This document shows, piece after piece, positions 1-10,009 of a DNA stretch of 64,000 nucleotides. The notes beneath the pieces are model-generated. The model was given only the letters and a program-made list of their open reading frames with translations, was not told where the DNA came from and searched no databases. The position numbers and the translations under genes were made by a program. How positions within the stretch are numbered: the stretch's first letter is position 1; every line of letters starts with the position of its first letter. Source of the DNA: an uncultured cyanobacterium (GTDB lineage: Bacteria > Cyanobacteriota > Cyanobacteriia > PCC-9006 > JAAUQQ01); contig OY970368.1 of NCBI GenBank assembly GCA_963718615.1, positions 2,528,001 to 2,592,000 of the forward strand, in the 5' to 3' direction.

Positions 1-10
1 GAAACAAGGG

Positions 11-523
11 ATGAGCAGTCTCCAACCCTCGGGCATTGAGTCCGTCGCAGTTCGGGGAAAGGTGCGGGATCTGTATCCGATTGTCTGGCGCGATCGCTTT
101 TCGATTCAGCCCAAACGGGTTGTCAATCTTTACGAAGGCTCTGAACGACCGCCCTTTGAGGTCGCGCCTAGCGAACGGAGCCCCGCTCCGCCGCCCCAGA
201 GATCCTCCCGAGCCAAAACGACCCCGATCCCCCATCTCCGGAGTTTTCTCTGGGCTAGCTCCTTTCTCTTGGGTGCGCTGCTGAGTGCCACCATTTTGGG
301 CTGGTTTATGCCACAACGGCTGGGACGAACGGAGTGGGAGTACCGCATCGTTAGCGTCACGGACAGTGACTTTAGCGCTGCCATGACCACCCTGGGCAAG
401 GATGGCTGGGAAATGGCCTATGCCCGACGGGCGGTTGCCACGGGAGTTGCCGGAGACAAAGAAAATGCAGAATATAGCCTATATGAGGTGATTTTCAAGC
501 GTCCGAAGTCAATTTTCGATTAG
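11..523 (+). CDS. Single-pass membrane protein with C-terminal DUF4177-like domain
   Basis: Hydrophobic segment FLWASSFLLGALLSATILGW, then EWEYRIV...LGKDGWEM...IFKRP; start uncertain. Confidence 0.6.
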   Translation: MSSLQPSGIESVAVRGKVRDLYPIVWRDRFSIQPKRVVNLYEGSERPPFEVAPSERSPAPPPQRSSRAKTTPIPHLRSFLWASSFLLGALLSATILGWFMPQRLGRTEWEYRIVSVTDSDFSAAMTTLGKDGWEMAYARRAVATGVAGDKENAEYSLYEVIFKRPKSIFD

Positions 524-714
524 CGAGTGCTCTTGAACGCTTGAGTTGCTTGAGTGACTTGAGTTGCTTTTACTTGATAAAGGCGATCGCACCGACTTCA
601 CCTATCGATATAGAAAAGAAAACAAATGAAAATTTTTACAAACTTGCTTTTGTATTGTTTGTATTGGGGATCACGGGTCATGAATAATAACGCTAAAGCT
701 TTCAATTTGTGTTT

Positions 715-846
715 ATGACTACTAAACCTTCGATCGCCGATGCTACGGACTGGAACTCGCTACCCGGTTGGGCCAGGGCATTTGCCACAGCTTTTGTGGG
801 CGTTATCGGCCTAGGGATTCTTCTCACGATGATGAACCTCGGCTAG
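715..846 (+). CDS. Small 43-aa single-TM protein (not in ORF track)
   Basis: Hand translation MTTKPSIADATDWNSLPGWARAFATAFVGVIGLGILLTMMNLG*; AT-rich upstream region and a terminator downstream. Confidence 0.55.
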   Translation: MTTKPSIADATDWNSLPGWARAFATAFVGVIGLGILLTMMNLG

Positions 847-873
847 GCAACAAGAGAGACAGCAACAGAACAC

Positions 874-908
874 AAGACCCCACGAAATCATTCGTAGGGT
901 CTTTTTTT
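874..908 (+). terminator. Intrinsic terminator
   Basis: aagaccc-c-acgaa / ttcgt-a-gggtctt stem followed by a T-run. Confidence 0.75.
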
Positions 909-952
909 CGGGATCTTTTCCTAAGGTCTAGGTCTAAGGCCTAGGGAAAGCT

Positions 953-2746
953 CTAGCGCTTACCGGCCACCTTTTTTTTCGCCATTTTACGAAGACGAAT
1001 CGATTCCGGCGTCACTTCTAGCAGCTCATCGGGACCAATATACTCCAGCGCCCGCTCTAGGCTCATGTCAAGGGGCGACTGTAACTGCACCAATTCGTCA
1101 CCGCCCGCAGCACGGTGGTTGGTGAGCTGCTTGGCCTTGCAGATGTTCAGCTCCAGATCCTGAGGACGGTTGTGCTCGCCGATGATCATGCCTCTGTAGA
1201 CCTTCGTCCCTGGCGTGATAAAGAACAGACCCCGGTCCTCTGAGTTTTTGAGAGAATAGAACGTTGCCACGCCCTCCTCAAAGGAAATCAGCACCCCGTT
1301 GCGGCGCATTTCCAAATCGCCACAGAGACCCCGGTAGTCCAGGAAACTGTGGTTCATGATGCCGTCGCCCCGAGTAGCGCGCATAAACTCACCCCGGAAA
1401 CCAATCAGCCCCCGAGCGGGAACGATGAATTCCAACTGAGCACGACCGCCATTGACCTGCATGTCTTGCATTTCGGCACGACGTTGACCAAGACGCTCAA
1501 TACAGCCACCCATGGCTTCTTCGGGTACATCTAGAACCAAGAGTTCATAAGGTTCGCAAGGTTGACCATTGACCTCGCGGTAAATGACCTGAGGCTGGGA
1601 CACCTGGAACTCATAGCCTTCCCGACGCATATTTTCGATCAGGATCCCGAGGTGCAATTCACCACGACCGGACACCTGGAACTGATCCGGAGTTTCGCCC
1701 TGTTCAACTCGGAGCGCCACGTTGGTTTCGAGTTCGCGGAAGAGGCGATCGCGCAATTGCCGCGAGGTTACAAACTTACCCTCACGACCCGCAAAGGGTG
1801 AATCATTCACGCAGAACGTCATCTGTAACGTCGGTTCATCCACTTTGATCAGGGGCAACGCCTGTGGTTCATTAGGGCAGGTGACAGTTTCCCCAATGTT
1901 GGCATCGGCAAAGCCCGCAACAGCCACTAGGTTTCCGGCGGTGGACTCTTCAATCTCGATCCGCTTCAGCCCTTCAAACCCAAGCAGCTTGGTAATCCGG
2001 CTTTTGACAATACTGCCATCTTCTTTGATCAGTGCGGCCTGCTGGCCAGCCTGGATCCGACCATTGTGAATCCGGCCAATGACAATCCGACCTAAGTATT
2101 CGGAATAGTCCAGCGTTGTCACTTGAAGCTGCAAGGGCTTCTCGGGGTCGCCGACCGGGGGCGGCACATGGCGCAGAATTGCCTCAAACATCGGCTGCAT
2201 GTTGTCGGACTCATCCGCCAAGTCTGCCCTGGCAAAACCGGCTAAGCCCGATGCAAACAGATAGGGAAACTCGCACTGGTCGTCGTCTGCACCCAGTTCG
2301 ATAAACAGGTCGAGGACCTTGTCCACAGCGGTCATGGGTTCGGCACGCTCACGGTCAATTTTATTGACCACCACAATCGGACGCAAACCCTTCTCCAGAG
2401 CCTTCTTAAGCACAAACCGGGTCTGGGGCATGGGACCTTCATTGGCATCCACAATTAGGATGCAGCCATCTACCATACCCAGCACCCGCTCAACCTCGCC
2501 CCCAAAATCCGCGTGGCCTGGGGTATCGACAATATTGATCAGCGTGTCGTTGTAACGGACCGCTGTATTTTTCGACAGAATCGTAATGCCCCGCTCCCGC
2601 TCAATGTCGTTGGAGTCCATGACGCAATCCGGAATCTCTTCGCCTTCGCGGAACACTCCAGACTGTCTGAGTAGAGCATCGACCAGGGTCGTTTTGCCGT
2701 GGTCAACGTGGGCAATGATAGCGACGTTCCGAATGGGAAGAGACAT
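953..2746 (-). CDS. typA: Translational GTPase TypA/BipA
   Basis: [51 protein letters not shown]. Confidence 0.97.
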   Translation of the reverse strand: MSLPIRNVAIIAHVDHGKTTLVDALLRQSGVFREGEEIPDCVMDSNDIERERGITILSKNTAVRYNDTLINIVDTPGHADFGGEVERVLGMVDGCILIVDANEGPMPQTRFVLKKALEKGLRPIVVVNKIDRERAEPMTAVDKVLDLFIELGADDDQCEFPYLFASGLAGFARADLADESDNMQPMFEAILRHVPPPVGDPEKPLQLQVTTLDYSEYLGRIVIGRIHNGRIQAGQQAALIKEDGSIVKSRITKLLGFEGLKRIEIEESTAGNLVAVAGFADANIGETVTCPNEPQALPLIKVDEPTLQMTFCVNDSPFAGREGKFVTSRQLRDRLFRELETNVALRVEQGETPDQFQVSGRGELHLGILIENMRREGYEFQVSQPQVIYREVNGQPCEPYELLVLDVPEEAMGGCIERLGQRRAEMQDMQVNGGRAQLEFIVPARGLIGFRGEFMRATRGDGIMNHSFLDYRGLCGDLEMRRNGVLISFEEGVATFYSLKNSEDRGLFFITPGTKVYRGMIIGEHNRPQDLELNICKAKQLTNHRAAGGDELVQLQSPLDMSLERALEYIGPDELLEVTPESIRLRKMAKKKVAGKR

Positions 2747-2814
2747 GAATTACAACCCCTACAAGCTGGGCTTAGAGAATAGACAGACTATTTTGTAACA
2801 AAATATTCACAATC

Positions 2815-3102
2815 TTAGCTCAAGGAACGGGCAATTGCTTCCTCAAGTTCGACTTGATCTAAGGTCGTGATGATAAATACTTCCTGGTAGCTTTTGCCCT
2901 GTCGGGCAATCAGCTTAAATCCCCCCCGAATCGGCACCGATATTTTGAGGCGAAGTTGCGGGCTACTGCTGCGAGCTCGACCAAGGACCGCCGGCGTGAT
3001 CGTCATGATGCCGGGGAATTCACACAATTTCTTGAGCTTTGGGATTAATCCCGGCAAATGAGTCGAATGATTCCAGACGAGACGTCCTTTGGGGATAGGC
3101 AT
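2815..3102 (-). CDS. DUF2103-family protein
   Basis: GRLVWNHSTHLPGLIP...ITPAV...GGFKLIARQG...QEVF pattern. Confidence 0.75.
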   Translation of the reverse strand: MPIPKGRLVWNHSTHLPGLIPKLKKLCEFPGIMTITPAVLGRARSSSPQLRLKISVPIRGGFKLIARQGKSYQEVFIITTLDQVELEEAIARSLS

Positions 3103-3113
3103 GGGAGAAGTTC

Positions 3114-3458
3114 CTAGGATGCCTCTAGGGGAGCCATGGTCAAGCCTGCCCGACGGAGCTGCTGATGATATAGCTCAGCCTGTTCCTGGGGACCGACCCA
3201 AACGATCGCCATCCCTTCAAAGTGCACCTGGTTGGTTAGCTCCCAAGCACGATCGCTCGTCATCCCCGGAATATATTTCATTAGTGTTTGGGCCACATGT
3301 TGGAACGTGTTTTCATCGTCGTTGAGGACAATCACTTTGTAGTTGGGATAAGGCTTCCAATCGGTTTTGGAGGTCTTCTCCGGGGTTAGGGTTGGGGTAG
3401 TGGTGGTATTCGCAATCACAGGTCTAATCCTACGGAGTGGCGGAGTAGCTATTGCCAC
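3114..3458 (-). CDS. clpS: Clp protease adaptor ClpS
   Basis: YKVIVLNDDENTFQHV...QVHFEG.AIVWVG..EQAELY; true start may lie further downstream. Confidence 0.92.
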   Translation of the reverse strand: MAIATPPLRRIRPVIANTTTTPTLTPEKTSKTDWKPYPNYKVIVLNDDENTFQHVAQTLMKYIPGMTSDRAWELTNQVHFEGMAIVWVGPQEQAELYHQQLRRAGLTMAPLEAS

Positions 3459-3593
3459 TTCAAATTTAATGATGCTTGAGGATCTATCACAATTATTAAT
3501 ATAGCGACCGGAATGCCCCAGATCGTGACCTATGATGAAGGTTAAGGAAGATAAACCTCATCAAACGATCACGTTTTAACAAGGAGTACGACT

Positions 3594-3692
3594 ATGTTGA
3601 CCCTCGGCTGGGCTGCACTGCTGGCGCTGTTTACATTCTCGATCGCCATGGTTGTTTGGGGCCGCAACGGTGACGGCAGCATCGGTTTTTAG
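3594..3692 (+). CDS. petN: Cytochrome b6f subunit PetN (32 aa, not in ORF track)
   Basis: [32 protein letters not shown]; hallmark [11 protein letters not shown]; RBS aaggag at 3581-3586. Confidence 0.95.
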   Translation: MLTLGWAALLALFTFSIAMVVWGRNGDGSIGF

Positions 3693-3764
3693 GTTGATTT
3701 TGGGCTCAATTTTGGGCTCGATTGGCACTATTGCCGCAGAAATCCACCGCAGAAATGAAAAATT

Positions 3765-3798
3765 AAGGGTGCGTTACGCCAGTGGCAGCGCACCTTTT
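3765..3798 (+). terminator. Probable terminator after petN
   Basis: aagggtgcgtt..gcc / ggc.agcgcaccttt hairpin with a short T-run. Confidence 0.55.
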
Positions 3799-3832
3799 CA
3801 ATGGATAGCGACCCAGAAGAAAACTTTGACCT

Positions 3833-3988
3833 ATGGATGCTTTAGCTCCGACTGATTTTTCAGCCTCAACGATTCTGGCAACGGTTGCCCTCGGCTTGAT
3901 GGTGATCGTGTCTGTTGGGGTTTTGTATTTGACGGCCTATGAATGGCGCGATCGCCGTCGTCGTAAGCAAGATGACGTTAAGCGCTAG
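3833..3988 (+). CDS. Small 51-aa single-TM protein with basic tail (not in ORF track)
   Basis: MDALAPTDFSASTILATVALGLMVIVSVGVLYLTAYEWRDRRRRKQDDVKR*; the YLT..EWRDRRRR motif resembles a small cyanobacterial hypothetical family (from recall). Confidence 0.75.
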   Translation: MDALAPTDFSASTILATVALGLMVIVSVGVLYLTAYEWRDRRRRKQDDVKR

Positions 3989-4091
3989 CGCTTACTCTCA
4001 CCCACTCGTAAAATTCGGACTAAAGTAGAGAGGGGTAGAAATCATCACTGCCCGATCTTACAGGTCCCAACCCAGCGGGTGGGAGGTAATC

Positions 4092-4268
4092 ATGAGACAG
4101 CGTCTTACCAGAATTTTAGTGTTAATTAGCCTTGTGGGTATGCCCGTAGGGGTGGCCCTAGGCAGTGAGCAGTTGGGAGATTTAGTGGGGATGCCAACGT
4201 TGGCGCTTTTGACCGTGCCTGGGGTAGCGGCCCTGGCCCTAGAGCAGCGCCGCCATCAAAAAGCCTAG
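4092..4268 (+). CDS. Small 58-aa protein with two hydrophobic segments (not in ORF track)
   Basis: RBS ggagg at 4082-4086; MRQRLTRILVLISLVGMPVGVALGSEQLGDLVGMPTLALLTVPGVAALALEQRRHQKA*. Confidence 0.55.
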   Translation: MRQRLTRILVLISLVGMPVGVALGSEQLGDLVGMPTLALLTVPGVAALALEQRRHQKA

Positions 4269-4572
4269 GGATCACCTATGTTTGTGATATCCCTGAGTTC
4301 TCTGGCGTGAAGATCCACGAAAAAGCATTTCAATTCGACCCTGCGTCAGTAATTCAACTTGAGCCGGTTGTAGGAGATCAGCAGCCAGCAATATTGCCCC
4401 AGGCAATTGCGCCGAGTACCATCCTGCTGTTGAAGGATTCCAACCATGGCTCAAAGTTTTCTCACTTGCGGTTATTTGATTGGTTTGTTGAGTTTGCCCA
4501 CCGCGATCGCCTGGGGAGCAAGCACCGTACAGCTAGCCCCCGATCTTCCAGTGTCGTTGGCGACGAGGTTAC

Positions 4573-6001
4573 ATGAAATTCCTAGCCAGACTTCAGGCGG
4601 TACGCAACGGTTTGACTCAACAGTGGAGTCAACGATGGAGCCAACGGTGGAGCCAACGGTTGATCAAACCATTACTCAAAACATGGCTCAGTTGGGGGAT
4701 CGTGTTCTTGGGCGCGATCGCCCTGCTTCCCAGTCCGGCGATCGCTGATTCCGTCCAGCTTTCTGTCTTGATGGGAGGCTATGCGATCCCCATTTGGCAG
4801 CCTGTTTTTGAGGCATTTACGGCCAGTCATCCGGATATTGAGATCAAGCTAATCGAAGGCCCCACCGCACCCAATCAGCTTGAGGACCTCTATGCGGCAT
4901 CGTTTTTGTTAGGGGATTCGCCCTACGATCTGGTTTATCTGGACATTACCTGGGTGGCAAAGTTTGCGGCGGCGGGTTGGTTGCGGGATCTAGATCCTTG
5001 GATTGAAGACCAGGGTAAACACCAGGGTAAACACCAGGGTAAATCAACCTCGACCCTTGATCCCCAGCAGTTTTTGGCAGGAGATTGGGCGGGAAGCCTC
5101 TATAAAGGCCATCCCTACCGCATTCCGGCAGAACGTTCGGGGGCGAGTTTGTTGTATTACCGACAGGATTTGCTAGCGGCGGCGGGACTAGAGCCCCCTC
5201 AAACACCGGCGGACTTGGTGGCGATCGCCCAGCAGCTTCAGAGGGATCAGCAGGTGCGCTGGGGCTATTTGTTTCAGGGCAAACAGTACGAAGGCACCGC
5301 TGCCATGTTTACTGAGCTACTGGCGGGGTTTGGCGGGTTTTGGGTCGATCCTCAAACCCATGCGGTGGGGCTGGATCAGCCAGAAGGCGATCGCCACGGT
5401 TCAATGGCTGCGCCGTCTGATCGATTTTGGGATCACGCCCACGGGGGTCACGACCTACGAAGAGGAAGAAACCCGACGGATTTTTCAGGCCGGAGATGCG
5501 GTGTTTATGCGCAACTGGCCCTATGTTTGGCCCTTGGCTAACGGGGAGACTTCGCCGATGCGTGGCAAGGTTGGGATCGCGCCCATGGTGCATGGACTGG
5601 GGCAGCAAAGCCATGCTTGTCAGGGGGGATGGGGATGGGGGATCGCCCAAACAGCGGCCCATGTTGAGGCTGCTCAAACGGCGATCGCCTACTTCTCCAG
5701 CCCTGACGTGCACCGACAACTAACGCTCCAGTCTGGCTATTTGCCAACGCGGCGATCCCTCTATCGAGATCCTGAAATTCAGGCGAAGTATCCTCACTTT
5801 GCTCAGATGGAAAAAATTTTGGCCACGGCGACCCTACGACCGGCGATCGCCCAATACGACCAAGCCTCCGATATTTTGCAGCGGTATCTCAGTGCAGCCC
5901 TTGCGGGTCAGCTGACCCCAACCCGAGCAATGAAGCAGGCGGCTCAGGAAACCCGGCAGTTACTGGGGCGGACAAATCCATTGGGACTCATTCATAACTG
6001 A
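4573..6001 (+). pseudogene. Sugar ABC transporter substrate-binding protein (family 1), split by a 1-nt frameshift near 5385
   Basis: ORF 4573-5541 (SPYDLVYLDITWVAKFAAAGWL, LLYYRQDLL, QGKQYEG) continues in the frame of ORF 5330-6001 (FQAGDAVFMRNWPY, GGWGWGI); removing one base of ccagaaggcgatc gives GLDQPEAIATVQWL. Confidence 0.8.
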
Positions 6002-6132
6002 AGGTTACGGGCATTTTTGAGGGCTGTTTGAGGGCATGGAAGGCTGCAAATATTAGCAAATATTGAGAAGGGAGCAAATTCGGACAAAGGGTGTAGGATT
6101 AGGGCAATTTTTGACTGCGATATTTGACATAA

Positions 6133-6177
6133 ATAGCCGCAGACGTAATACCCGCAGACGTGATAGCCGCATACCTG
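6133..6177. repeat. 3 x 15-bp tandem repeat
   Basis: atagccgcagacgta / atacccgcagacgtg / atagccgcatacctg. Confidence 0.8.
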
Positions 6178-6184
6178 GAGAGCC

Positions 6185-7090
6185 ATGGGGTCGATGACTG
6201 GGAGAATTGCTCAAACCTTACCGCCAACTTGCTTGTTAACCCTGAAATTGCTAACGCTGATGATTTGGGGGGCGATCGCCACTTCTCCGGGATTAGCCCA
6301 GGTGGAGCCAACCGCCACAGCTCAGCAATGGTTAGTTCAGGGCATTGGTTTAACCCAAGATAAGCGCACGGATGCGGCGATCCTAGCGTTTCGCAATGCG
6401 GTGCAAATTGATCCCCGGCTAGCACCGGCCCATTACAACCTAGGGTTGGCCTACCGAGAGCAAAACCAGCTGCAAGCGGCGGTGAATTCCTTCTATGGAG
6501 CAATTCTGGCGGACCCCAACCTGGGGCTGGCCTATGCCAATCTGGGGGCGGCGCTGCTCGAAGGCAAGAACTATTCTCAAGCGGAAGCCTTTCTGCGCGA
6601 AGGCTTGCGGGTGACGCCCAACCTGGGGCTTTTGCATTACAACCTGGGTCAGGTGCTGTGGGAAAGTAACCGTGCAACCGAAGCGCTTCCCTATTTTCAA
6701 CGGGCGGCGGAACTGGATCCCGAGGCGGCTCCCGTGGCCTATTATTTGGGACTCAGCTATCAGCAGCAGGGGGACGCTTCGCGGGCGCTAGAACAGTTTC
6801 GTCGGGCGATCGCCCTCAAACCCAATTACGCCGAAGCCCAGTATAGTGTCGGCTCAATTTTGCTCCAGCAAAAGGCTTGGGTTCCTGCCCTGGAATCCTT
6901 TACCAACGCCGCCGAAGCCAACCGCAGCTATGCCAATGCTTACTATGGGGCGGGATTAGCCTTTACTGCCTTGGGTAAAGACAAAGACGCACGCGAAATG
7001 CTGAGCCATGCTCGGGATCTGTTCCGAACCCAGCAGAATTCGGAATGGGCGGAGCGGACGGAGTCGCTGATGCGCCAGGTGGGGAACTAG
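6185..7090 (+). CDS. Secreted tetratricopeptide-repeat protein
   Basis: Signal-like N-terminus; repeated AHYNLG / AYANLG / YYLG...A...P 34-aa units. Confidence 0.9.
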   Translation: MGSMTGRIAQTLPPTCLLTLKLLTLMIWGAIATSPGLAQVEPTATAQQWLVQGIGLTQDKRTDAAILAFRNAVQIDPRLAPAHYNLGLAYREQNQLQAAVNSFYGAILADPNLGLAYANLGAALLEGKNYSQAEAFLREGLRVTPNLGLLHYNLGQVLWESNRATEALPYFQRAAELDPEAAPVAYYLGLSYQQQGDASRALEQFRRAIALKPNYAEAQYSVGSILLQQKAWVPALESFTNAAEANRSYANAYYGAGLAFTALGKDKDAREMLSHARDLFRTQQNSEWAERTESLMRQVGN

Positions 7091-7143
7091 GCAGGGGGGC
7101 TAGGCAGGGAGGCTAGGCAGGGGGTCTAGGCAGGGGGCTAGGC
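7087..7143. repeat. 4.5 x 12-13-bp G-rich tandem repeat (ctaggcaggggg)
   Basis: ctaggcagggggg / ctaggcagggagg / ctaggcagggggt / ctaggcaggggg / ctaggc. Confidence 0.9.
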
Positions 7144-8211
7144 GATCGCAATTTCCGGTGACAAATAAACCTCCTGAATCCAATGGAGCAGCTCAACCCC
7201 TTCCGCCATGGGCCGCTGAAAGGCTTTGCGGCCTGAGATCAACCCACAGCCCCCGGCTCGCTTATTAATCACGGCAGTCCGGATGGCATCGGCAAAGTCG
7301 CTTTTTCCAGAGGCCCCGCCGGAGTTGATCAGCCCCATTCGTCCTGCATAGCAGTTGAGAACTTGGTACCGGGTTAAGTCAATGGGATGGTCGGTGGCGA
7401 GATCTCGGTAAGCCCGTTCGTCAGTTTTGCCATAGGTCTTGCCCGTGGCTTGACTGACCGCTGGATACCCTCGGTTGAGCGTCGGCAATTTTTGCTTGAT
7501 GATATCCGCTTCGATCGTCACGCCCAGGTGATTGGCCTGCCCCGTCAGATCCGCAGCGGTGTGATAGTCCTGAGCCTGCCGATAAATCTCGTTCCGCAAA
7601 TAGCACCATAAAATCGTTGCCATCCCCAGCTCGTGGGCACGGGCAAAGGCGCGGCTAATTTCCTGAATTTGACGGCTAGATTCCGCCGAGCCAAAGTAAA
7701 TCGTCGCCCCTACAGCTACAGCCCCCAGATTCCAAGCCTGCTCGACCGAGGCAAACAGGATTTGGTCAAACTGGTTGGGGTAGGTTAGCAGTTCGTTGTG
7801 GTTAAGTTTGAGAATGAACGGAATCCGATGGGCGTAGCGACGGGATACCGCACCGAGAATGCCGAGGGTCGTCGCGACGCCGTTGCAGCCTCCGGCGATC
7901 GCCAATTTCACAATATTTTCCGGGTCAAAGTAAAGCGGGTTAGGAGCAAAACTCGCAGCGGCGGAATGCTCAATGCCTTGATCCACGGGCAAAATCGAGA
8001 GATAACCGGTATTCGCCAAGCGACCTGAGCCATAGAGCTGCTGCAAGCTGCGCAGGACCTGGGGAGAGCGATCGCTCGGGGCAAAAATTCGTTCCACCCA
8101 ATCCGGCCCCGGCAGATGCAGGATCTCTGCGGGCACCTGAGCGGCATACCCTAATAAATCATCGGCCTCTGTCCCGAGCCAATCGGCAATCGTCTTTGCC
8201 ATCGCAGCCAA
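7138..8211 (-). CDS. fbaB: Class I fructose-bisphosphate aldolase
   Basis: [50 protein letters not shown]. Confidence 0.95.
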   Translation of the reverse strand: MAAMAKTIADWLGTEADDLLGYAAQVPAEILHLPGPDWVERIFAPSDRSPQVLRSLQQLYGSGRLANTGYLSILPVDQGIEHSAAASFAPNPLYFDPENIVKLAIAGGCNGVATTLGILGAVSRRYAHRIPFILKLNHNELLTYPNQFDQILFASVEQAWNLGAVAVGATIYFGSAESSRQIQEISRAFARAHELGMATILWCYLRNEIYRQAQDYHTAADLTGQANHLGVTIEADIIKQKLPTLNRGYPAVSQATGKTYGKTDERAYRDLATDHPIDLTRYQVLNCYAGRMGLINSGGASGKSDFADAIRTAVINKRAGGCGLISGRKAFQRPMAEGVELLHWIQEVYLSPEIAIA

Positions 8212-8284
8212 TCTCCCTGAAACGTTCTCACCTCTTCCAGTGTGCAGATCGCCCCAGGAAAACCGCTATATCGGAGGGCAGGAA

Positions 8285-9838
8285 TTATGACAGGGGCTCT
8301 GATTCGGGTTTCGCCATCATCACCGGCTTTTGATATAGCGGTATCGTAAACGTCACCGTCGAGCCCAAATCCTCACCCATGCTGTAGAAATGCACCTCCC
8401 CCCCCATGGCTTCCACCAGCTTTTGGGAAATCACAAGTCCTAGACCCGTGCCGCCATACTGCCGCGTCCGCGAGCCATCCACCTGACTAAACGACTTGAA
8501 GAGTTTGGCCTGCTGCTCTAGCGACACCCCAATCCCCGTATCCACCACCCGCACCTCCACCAGCCCTGGCAACTCCTGACTGCCCAACGTCACAGGCCGC
8601 TTGATAATCCGGGTGCTAATCGTGACGCTGCCATGCTTCGTGAATTTAATCGCATTGCCGATCAAATTGAGCATCACCTGGAGCAGACGCTGATAGTCGC
8701 CAAACACCACCACTTCATCGTGGGTCGACGGCGGTTCGATGCGATAGAGCAAGCCGCGCTCCGTCGCCTGCAACCGCGTTTTGCGCTCCACCTCATCAAA
8801 CAGCTCGCTCAACTGCACCGCCGTCAGGTCCAGGTCCAGCTTGCCCGCTTCGATTTTGGCGACATCTAAAATGTCATTAATAATGTCAAGCAACAGCAGC
8901 GCCGAACTGTGGGCTTCCTCGACAAATTCGGTTAGCTCCTCCGGTGTATCTGCCATGCCGTCGAGGACCAGCTTGAGAAATCCGATCATGCCGTTGAGGG
9001 GCGTCCGCAATTCATGGGAGGTATTGGCTAAAAACTCGCTCTTCAGCCGAGATGCTTCTTCCGCCTGTTCGTAAGCCTGCTGCGCCTGGGCGCGGGCTTC
9101 TTCTAATTCCTGATGTTTGTGTAAAAAGTCATCGCGGACCTGCTGTAGCTTGCGGCCCAGGGCCTGGTTTTCCGCCACTAGACGGGTTGAGGCGATCGCC
9201 TCCCCTAACAACACCGCCGCCTCCTCCACCAATTCCATCTCCGCCGGAGACCAAAGGGCACGGGCCGCCGCCTCCTGGGCCTGGGGACTGGAAAGCGCCG
9301 CTGGTAACGGACGGCCCAAGACCAGCAGTGCCACAGTTTTTCCAGCAGCAGTCGCCGGAATCGCCAATACCCCCAACACCGCTCCGCCTTCGGCAAAGGG
9401 CTCCATAAACAGTACCGGCTGTTGCTCTAAAGACTGGATTAAGGGAGGTCGATCGCCCAACCGCAAGGGCTCCTCAAACCAAGACGCAACGCTCTGAGCG
9501 TCTGCACTGTCATCCCGGTAAGTCGCTAGAGTTTCCACCTCGCGATCGCCCACTTCATAGCCATAAATCCGACCCTGGGACAATTGCAATACCGTTCCCA
9601 ATCGCTGGATGGTCAATTCCGCTAGGGCTAGGGGCGATCGCTCCGTACGGCGCAGCTCTCGGCTCAACTTCCAAACCCAGTCCGCCGCCACCGCCCGCTC
9701 TAGTTGCAGGGTCTCCCGGCGTTTGAACGTCTCCGGGGCCAGTGCCGTTTGCCTATCCTCCGCTGCCACTTCGGCATCTGCCTGATCACAGGCTAGATCA
9801 GAATCGATACCGAGGGAGATAGAGGTTCTGCTGGACAT
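8285..9838 (-). CDS. Cytoplasmic GAF-domain sensor histidine kinase
   Basis: [18 protein letters not shown] (H-box), [22 protein letters not shown]; GAF-like region and coiled coil upstream. Confidence 0.92.
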   Translation of the reverse strand: MSSRTSISLGIDSDLACDQADAEVAAEDRQTALAPETFKRRETLQLERAVAADWVWKLSRELRRTERSPLALAELTIQRLGTVLQLSQGRIYGYEVGDREVETLATYRDDSADAQSVASWFEEPLRLGDRPPLIQSLEQQPVLFMEPFAEGGAVLGVLAIPATAAGKTVALLVLGRPLPAALSSPQAQEAAARALWSPAEMELVEEAAVLLGEAIASTRLVAENQALGRKLQQVRDDFLHKHQELEEARAQAQQAYEQAEEASRLKSEFLANTSHELRTPLNGMIGFLKLVLDGMADTPEELTEFVEEAHSSALLLLDIINDILDVAKIEAGKLDLDLTAVQLSELFDEVERKTRLQATERGLLYRIEPPSTHDEVVVFGDYQRLLQVMLNLIGNAIKFTKHGSVTISTRIIKRPVTLGSQELPGLVEVRVVDTGIGVSLEQQAKLFKSFSQVDGSRTRQYGGTGLGLVISQKLVEAMGGEVHFYSMGEDLGSTVTFTIPLYQKPVMMAKPESEPLS

Positions 9839-10009
9839 AAAAATATACCGATGGACTAAGCCTGTGTTAGTTTAACAGCCTAGAAAAGAGGTCTGGGCAG
9901 CGGCCAATCACCCAATTTGTATATTTATTCACGAGTAAAGTTATTTCGTCCGTGATGTCGGACCGGATGAACTAATGTCACAATATATGAACGATATGAA
10001 TCAAGCCGT

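Noticed and set aside
3833-3988. Assigning the 51-aa protein as NdhP, NdhQ or PetM
   Set aside because: It lacks their hallmark motifs as I recall them; left unnamed.
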